Source: Candidatus Saccharimonadota bacterium (GTDB taxonomy: Archaea; Micrarchaeota; Micrarchaeia; Micrarchaeales; Micrarchaeaceae). From it: a stretch of 32,000 nt of DNA. The notes beneath the pieces were generated by a model. The model was not told where the DNA came from and did no database searches. It was given only the letters and a program-made list of their open reading frames with translations. This document shows, piece by piece, positions 27,495 to 32,000 of the stretch. Both the position numbers and the translations under genes were made by a program. The stretch spans positions 780,001 to 812,000 of the forward strand of contig NZ_CP019964.1 of the NCBI RefSeq assembly GCF_002214165.1. The letters run 5' to 3'. Numbering within the stretch: position 1 is the stretch's first letter; every line of letters starts with the position of its first letter.

Positions 27495-27700
27495 ATCCGT
27501 ACAGATATCACATCATCCTTGTGACCATTGTATCTTTTGTTGTTCTGATAATCAATATTATGGCTTATTTAGCAAAGGACGAGACCAATTATCTCTATCT
27601 TTTTGACATGGCTTATGTAGTTGGAAATAGTGCTCATTTTATAGCCTTATCCATCTCCTCAAATGGCATAAATATTGAAGATGAAAAGAAGGTAAAATAG
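27491..27700 (+). CDS. Small membrane protein (2 TM), cassette 1
   Basis: The 69-aa ORF shares an ATGA start/stop overlap with the previous ORF, indicating translational coupling. Confidence 0.5.
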   Translation: MNPYRYHIILVTIVSFVVLIINIMAYLAKDETNYLYLFDMAYVVGNSAHFIALSISSNGINIEDEKKVK

Positions 27701-27713
27701 CTTTGTATTCCGG

Positions 27714-27728
27714 ATTCTATAATAGAAT
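27714..27728. repeat. Perfect palindrome ATTCTAT-A-ATAGAAT
   Basis: It lies 14 nt after the last cassette-1 stop and 6 nt before the integrase-tail remnant. Confidence 0.8.
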
Positions 27729-27734
27729 TATAAT

Positions 27735-27773
27735 CTGCCCAACGGAAAGGCTATAATGAAAATGCCTTTTTAG
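27735..27773 (+). pseudogene. Orphan integrase C-terminal remnant (13 codons, LPNGKAIMKMPF*) containing direct repeat copy 2 (27736..27766)
   Basis: CTG CCC AAC GGA AAG GCT ATA ATG AAA ATG CCT TTT TAG encodes the same peptide as 25911..25949. It differs only at synonymous positions (TTG/CTG, CCG/CCT) and in the stop codon (TAA/TAG). Confidence 0.85.
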
Positions 27774-27901
27774 ATATTCTTTCAAAATGTAATCAAAATA
27801 TGCATCAAGGTAATATTAACTACGATATTATCTTTGCTTAGTAAGTTCCATAAACTAATTGAAACATTGAATTTGTCAAGTTTTCTCACATACTGGAAAA
27901 A

Positions 27902-27913
27902 TTTATATATAAT
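27902..27913 (+). promoter_or_regulatory. TATA-like box upstream of cassette 2
   Basis: TTTATATATAAT is centred about 24 nt upstream of ATG 27931. Confidence 0.35.
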
Positions 27914-27930
27914 ATTTTCATTCATAATTT

Positions 27931-28572
27931 ATGACCTGCAGTAATTGTTTTGATGCAAATGGTAGAAAAATAACAAGAATAAGTGTGCCACATAAGGAGG
28001 AATATACAGAGGGGAAACTAAAAATAACGGAAGGTGTGACAATTGTTCATTACAAAGAGGGCCCAGGGACGATCCTAAATTGGAAACAAATAATTGAGGG
28101 CAATACCTCCTCCATTGCAGACATAACTTATATTATACAATATAATGGTAAAAATATTACAAACAAGTTTAAAACCAAATACATTGACACAATAAATGGC
28201 AAGAAACTTGTTCACGTTGACGGAACTGGATTGGGCTCTAATGGGAAAGTAAACGTAACTAACAAGGATATTGCTCTTTCAAATGTAAAATCAGATCCAA
28301 ACGCCATTGAATGTCTTATTTGTCATGCTCTTGGAACCGTGCTTTGTACACTTCTTGCAGAGGGTGTATCAGAGGACTTAGCTTGTGAAGAGGCATCTGG
28401 CATCGTATGCTTAGAATTCATAGAGGATCCTATTGTTTATGTCGTTTGTTTTGGGGTTGTCGCATCAATTTGCGATGTTGTTCTACAAACAGTAATAGAT
28501 ATTGGTGTTCATGTTGCATGCGACCTTGGTGCAGACTACATATGCGAGAAGGCGATTGGATGTTCTTTATGA
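27931..28572 (+). CDS. Cassette 2 lead protein: beta-rich N-domain plus an 86-aa hydrophobic C-terminal region with 10 Cys (candidate halocin-C8-like precursor)
   Basis: The 213-aa product has the C-terminal spacing C128-x2-C-x7-C-x12-C-x7-C-x12-C-x7-C-x15-C-x7-C-x5-C211 (nt 28312..28569). A CxxC sits at residues 3-6. No signal peptide is evident. Confidence 0.7.
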   Translation: MTCSNCFDANGRKITRISVPHKEEYTEGKLKITEGVTIVHYKEGPGTILNWKQIIEGNTSSIADITYIIQYNGKNITNKFKTKYIDTINGKKLVHVDGTGLGSNGKVNVTNKDIALSNVKSDPNAIECLICHALGTVLCTLLAEGVSEDLACEEASGIVCLEFIEDPIVYVVCFGVVASICDVVLQTVIDIGVHVACDLGADYICEKAIGCSL

Positions 28573-28617
28573 AGGCTTAAATAAATATTCCTTCCTATAA
28601 TTTCAGGTGATAGGTAA

Positions 28618-29145
28618 ATGAGATATAGATTAATCTATTTAAGCATTGGCATTGCAATAATGGTCATTGACATATTACTTGCTCTCAAGTATCCAAAAAT
28701 ATTGATCTATAGCCTATGGGGTTCCTTCCTAGGTTTCTTCATTCCTTTTGGTATAGGATTTTCGACCCTACTCTACGGAGCATTTAAGGCCAAGGATTAT
28801 GGGATAAATCCGGTAATTGGAACAATAGGCTCAGGAGGCTTCACCAGAGTGATTAGGCAGAACAGGATTCAGGGCACAAGAACTTGGAAGACTGACCATG
28901 ATATACTTTCTGAACTTCCTGGGGCCCTAAAATCCCCTGACGGGAAAACAGTTGAATACAGCAGTTTGTTCATAAGAAAGCCCTATGGATCAACAAAATA
29001 CACGAAAAGACTAAACGAAGCGGCCAATAAGTATATTGCAGGGGAAATAGATGAGGAAGGATTTTATAACTATGTCGGAAAGCGTGGACCCAAGGAGGAA
29101 CAGATGCTTGAATTTATCAAAAAATTCAAGAATGATTATAGGTGA
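28618..29145 (+). CDS. Membrane protein (2 N-terminal TM plus a ~100-aa soluble domain), cassette 2
   Basis: The 175-aa ORF has normal composition, and I recognise no family. Confidence 0.6.
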   Translation: MRYRLIYLSIGIAIMVIDILLALKYPKILIYSLWGSFLGFFIPFGIGFSTLLYGAFKAKDYGINPVIGTIGSGGFTRVIRQNRIQGTRTWKTDHDILSELPGALKSPDGKTVEYSSLFIRKPYGSTKYTKRLNEAANKYIAGEIDEEGFYNYVGKRGPKEEQMLEFIKKFKNDYR

Positions 29146-29157
29146 GGTGATGACAAA

Positions 29158-29418
29158 ATGGTTAAATTTCATCCTATAAACAAAACAATGACTGTTGGAA
29201 CCTTTATGTTCATAGGTTCCATGATAATAATCGCACTGGGAGCTTTGTTTCATTACCTGCACTACTCTGCTTCAATTTACCTTTCATTCTTCTTTTATGG
29301 TCTAGGAATATTCTTCCTTTCAGCGATAATATTGTTCATCGGAACTCTGCTGGCAGCAAAAAGTGGCAAGTTGCAGAAAAGGGCAAGCGACATTTTCAAC
29401 AATAGAAAATCGAAATAA
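29158..29418 (+). CDS. Small membrane protein (2-3 TM), cassette 2
   Basis: The 86-aa hydrophobic ORF starts 12 nt after the previous stop. Confidence 0.55.
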   Translation: MVKFHPINKTMTVGTFMFIGSMIIIALGALFHYLHYSASIYLSFFFYGLGIFFLSAIILFIGTLLAAKSGKLQKRASDIFNNRKSK

Positions 29419-29464
29419 AGATAGGCTGATATTTTAACATAAACGATTAAGTTGTTCAAATTTC

Positions 29465-30094
29465 ATGATCTTTGACACCCCTATTGATTATTTTTACCCT
29501 CCTGACAGGCGAGCGGAAGCGGTTCTAAGGGCAATACAGGACAGGGAGCGCAAATTCCAGCACACGTTCACTAGCGATCTGTACATGGCATTATCAAACA
29601 TTCCAAAGGAAAAGATTCACTCCTCAAACCAGCTCAAGCACGAATGGATAGACAAAAGAATCGATATGCTTGCAAACATGAATTTCATAGAGAGGCTCGA
29701 AGATGAAACTGATAAAAGAAGGATAGAGATCAGAACCAAGCCTGAGGAGATCTATACCTACATGATTGGCAGAGACCCCATGCTTTTCTGGAATCTTATT
29801 GAGAATGATTATTTCTATTTCATAGTCAGATTCGCTCAGACCGGAGGCAACGTTTTATGCCCGAAGTGCCAGAGGGAATCAAGTATATCAATCAATTCCA
29901 CTAAGAAAAAGACCGCCAGATACCCTATTAGCGATGATATGCACATAGATGTGATATTTACCCATCTGATTATATCGTTCAATTGTGAATGCTGTTATTC
30001 CTACAATGACGAGATTGATATGGTTGATCCTGCAACCATGGAGGATTTTCTGAGGCTTATGGATGCTTCCAATAACCGTCGTAATCCCCGCTAA
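29465..30094 (+). CDS. Putative DNA-binding protein: winged helix plus Cys4 zinc ribbon
   Basis: MLANMNFIERLEDETDKRRIEIRTKP is MarR-like (recognition helix plus wing). CPKC...CECC forms a putative zinc ribbon. Confidence 0.55.
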   Translation: MIFDTPIDYFYPPDRRAEAVLRAIQDRERKFQHTFTSDLYMALSNIPKEKIHSSNQLKHEWIDKRIDMLANMNFIERLEDETDKRRIEIRTKPEEIYTYMIGRDPMLFWNLIENDYFYFIVRFAQTGGNVLCPKCQRESSISINSTKKKTARYPISDDMHIDVIFTHLIISFNCECCYSYNDEIDMVDPATMEDFLRLMDASNNRRNPR

Positions 30095-30127
30095 ATCGAC
30101 GTATTACCCATCACGCAATATTATATT

Positions 30128-30310
30128 GTGGAAAAGGCAGACGTTGACATAACAAAGGTAAAATCAACATTCGCCAGCAAATTCCCAGAGCACCCGTTAA
30201 CAAAAATACTGATTTCAGAGCCGGATTACTTAACGGCAGAAGAATTCCTCGCAAAGGTACAGACATGGCTTGCCTTTTTCAACGGAGATGGAGAAGATGG
30301 AAAGAACTGA
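30128..30310 (+). CDS. Small hypothetical ORF
   Basis: The 60-aa ORF has a GTG start and overlaps the next ORF. Confidence 0.35.
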   Translation: MEKADVDITKVKSTFASKFPEHPLTKILISEPDYLTAEEFLAKVQTWLAFFNGDGEDGKN

Positions 30311-30635
30311 AAGGATTGTTTTGAGAGGAGAGGAAGAGCCTCAGGTAATAAGGTATGTGATGGCAGACCCTCAGAAGAAGGGCACGCTCGAAAGGCTCCA
30401 GGAAACCGTTATCGAGAAAACGGTTAACCAGTACGAGCTTGAGGACCGCAGGCAGATAGATTCGGTGATGAGATTCATGGAACGCAATCCGGACATAAGC
30501 TATGTTGAATATGAATCGAATCCTGTTTTCCGGATAGATCGGACGATAACAAAGCTCGGTCTCATATTTAGGCGTGAGGAGGCAACAATATCGGCAACGA
30601 TAACACCGAACAGAAGATTCAGGGCCCAGAGGTAA
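30288..30635 (+). CDS. Hypothetical protein of the element
   Basis: ATG 30288 (MEKMERTERIVLRGEE...) is preferred over the listed TTG 30270. Composition is normal. Confidence 0.5.
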   Translation: MEKMERTERIVLRGEEEPQVIRYVMADPQKKGTLERLQETVIEKTVNQYELEDRRQIDSVMRFMERNPDISYVEYESNPVFRIDRTITKLGLIFRREEATISATITPNRRFRAQR

Positions 30636-30638
30636 AGC

Positions 30639-31043
30639 ATGGACGAAGATACATTAATCCTGACATTTTTGGTATCAGCCCCTGCTTTTTTCATAACGAG
30701 TTTGCTATGGCCCGGACTATTTCAGCATCTCATATCCATGGCGACCTCAGGCAACATTTTTTACGAGATTATTGGCATTGCAGGCATCGCTTATGCAGTC
30801 ATCGGTGCTGTCATAATCATAATATTCGCATTCACACTGCTGATTTACATACTAGTATTCGGAGTTATCTTTTTCTTCCCTGCTTACCTCATATACACAA
30901 TGCTTGGCTTAGAATATTCACTGATCCTAGTTGCAGTTCTATGCACCATCGCAATACTCTATTTCTTGGAGACACACACGGTCAGCGTGGAGCACTATAC
31001 GATTGTTGTAAACCCGCACAGGCGATACATAATTAAAAGGTAG
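30639..31043 (+). CDS. Polytopic membrane protein of the element
   Basis: The 134-aa ORF has 3-4 TM segments. It starts 3 nt after the previous stop and lies directly upstream of the ATPase. Confidence 0.55.
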   Translation: MDEDTLILTFLVSAPAFFITSLLWPGLFQHLISMATSGNIFYEIIGIAGIAYAVIGAVIIIIFAFTLLIYILVFGVIFFFPAYLIYTMLGLEYSLILVAVLCTIAILYFLETHTVSVEHYTIVVNPHRRYIIKR

Positions 31044-31084
31044 CCAAATACGATTAAATATCTGGAAAACAAAAGAGCAGGATT

Positions 31085-32000
31085 ATGAAGGAAACTGGCT
31101 TCTCTGACTTTGTAAACGCAAGGAAGATCCTCTCAAAGCCGATAATAGAACTACCAATAAGAAATCAGGAGAGGCTTTTCTATAACCCATTTTCAAGGCT
31201 AAAGAGGTTCGCAGGGCATTCAGCGTTGGCCTATGCCATTGTTCCCGATATGGAAAAGGGAAAGTTCAGGAGGGAGGAATGCTCAGCAAGAGCCATTGAT
31301 TTAAGGGATTACATAGAGCACAAGGGAAACAGGAATGTGTCCATAACAGGTGTATCAGGGCAGGGAAAGAGCTATCTCACGATACATTTACTATCGAAGT
31401 TCAGCGAGAAGCAGAGGATCATATTCTCGTTCAAGCCCGATGACCATGAAGTCCATCTTGGAATACCAGTAATAGATGCAAAGCAGTGCTTACCGAATCC
31501 GTTCAGGGACATAAATGCCTTCTCAGAGGCTTACATGACCGCATTTTTCAGTGAGAAGACAAGCACAGGAATACAGCTACAGCAGACACCAGCTTTTCTG
31601 CAGGAAATAGCCTCCCAGAGCAACGACTGGAAGACATTCATGAAAATGATATCCGAAAAAAGAAAATCAGCCTCGAAGAACCAGATCGAAACGCTCAACG
31701 CAATAGAGCAGAATGTGAAATCGCTCATAATCGATGACATGGGAAGCGTGGAAATAGGCAGTGAAAGCATTGTGTTTGATTTCTCAACATTACCGACGAA
31801 GCAGTCCCAGAACTTCTATGCCGAGCTTATGCTAAGGCAGATCTACAGGGAGATGGAGGAACGCAAAAGAAAGGATGTTTTGATATGCATAGACGAGGCT
31901 CACAGGCTTACGAAATCCTATCATACTATTCTTGATGTAATGAGCCGTGAGATAAGGGACAAGGGAATGCTCTGGATAATAACGCAGAACCTTATCGATA
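31085..32000 (+). CDS. P-loop NTPase, HerA/VirB4/DUF87-like (3' end outside window; absent from the ORF track)
   Basis: The frame is open from ATG 31085 to the window end (305 codons). Walker A is ITGVSGQGKSY and Walker B is DVLICIDEAHRL. Confidence 0.8.
   Translation, partial: MKETGFSDFVNARKILSKPIIELPIRNQERLFYNPFSRLKRFAGHSALAYAIVPDMEKGKFRREECSARAIDLRDYIEHKGNRNVSITGVSGQGKSYLTIHLLSKFSEKQRIIFSFKPDDHEVHLGIPVIDAKQCLPNPFRDINAFSEAYMTAFFSEKTSTGIQLQQTPAFLQEIASQSNDWKTFMKMISEKRKSASKNQIETLNAIEQNVKSLIIDDMGSVEIGSESIVFDFSTLPTKQSQNFYAELMLRQIYREMEERKRKDVLICIDEAHRLTKSYHTILDVMSREIRDKGMLWIITQNLID

Larger units (their letters stand above)
23411..32000. mobile_element. Integrated plasmid- or virus-like element (right end outside window; left end approximate)
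   Basis: Gene content switches from housekeeping genes to a tyrosine integrase, ORFans, small membrane proteins, a wHTH/Zn-ribbon protein and a HerA/VirB4-like ATPase. The integrase 3' end is duplicated. The neighbouring radical SAM gene appears 5'-truncated exactly at this junction. Confidence 0.6.

Noticed and set aside
30707-31036. 109-aa His/Cys/Arg-rich ORF overlapping 30639..31043 in another frame
   Set aside because: The overlapping frame encodes a coherent multi-TM protein coupled to neighbouring genes. The alternative product has implausible composition.
31531-31770. 79-aa minus-strand ORF
   Set aside because: It is antisense to the open ATPase frame, which carries Walker A and B motifs.
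1-32000. CRISPR arrays, rRNA genes and IS elements with terminal inverted repeats
   Set aside because: I saw no regularly spaced direct repeats of 24-40 nt, no long rRNA-like GC-rich stretches other than the 450-nt island, and no transposase-like ORFs.

Overview
This is a low-GC archaeal chromosome segment. Archaeal markers include RpoK, archaeal-type SecY and ProRS, ribosomal protein L41e and a bulge-helix-bulge tRNA intron. Sequon-dense surface proteins suggest a wall-less Thermoplasmata-like euryarchaeon, but that placement is inference. Bases 1 to ~23.4 kb are housekeeping backbone. It holds TatD, a DUF929-like CxxC protein coupled to a Cys-motif membrane protein, SecY, an L41e mini-gene missing from the ORF track, and a membrane-anchored glycoprotein-like protein. 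It continues with DUF763, CysRS, an enlarged signal peptidase, SMC, an M50/CBS protease, a metallophosphoesterase, RpoK, a geranylgeranyl-reductase-family flavoprotein, AlaX, ProRS, a HAD hydrolase and an AmmeMemoRadiSam-type radical SAM enzyme. There are two tRNAs. tRNA-Arg(UCU) carries a 29-nt intron in the T-loop flanked by a textbook bulge-helix-bulge motif, and tRNA-Gln(UUG) sits next to a decayed AbiEi/AbiEii module in which both genes are frameshifted. From ~23.4 kb to the window end the DNA looks like an integrated mobile element. It begins with a ~450-nt GC-rich, hairpin-dense non-coding island. Next come a frameshifted tyrosine integrase and two tandem cassettes, each led by a protein whose last ~80 residues are extremely Cys-rich and hydrophobic and followed by small, translationally coupled membrane proteins. 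The first cassette is bracketed by a perfect 31-nt duplication of the integrase 3' end. A plasmid- or virus-like backbone follows, with a wHTH/Zn-ribbon protein, small ORFs, a membrane protein and a HerA/VirB4-like P-loop ATPase that runs off the window. The best candidate for a new system is the pair of Cys-rich precursor plus membrane-protein cassettes, which may be halocin-C8-like archaeocin production and immunity loci. The GC-rich structured island is the second most interesting feature. No CRISPR array or rRNA gene was seen.
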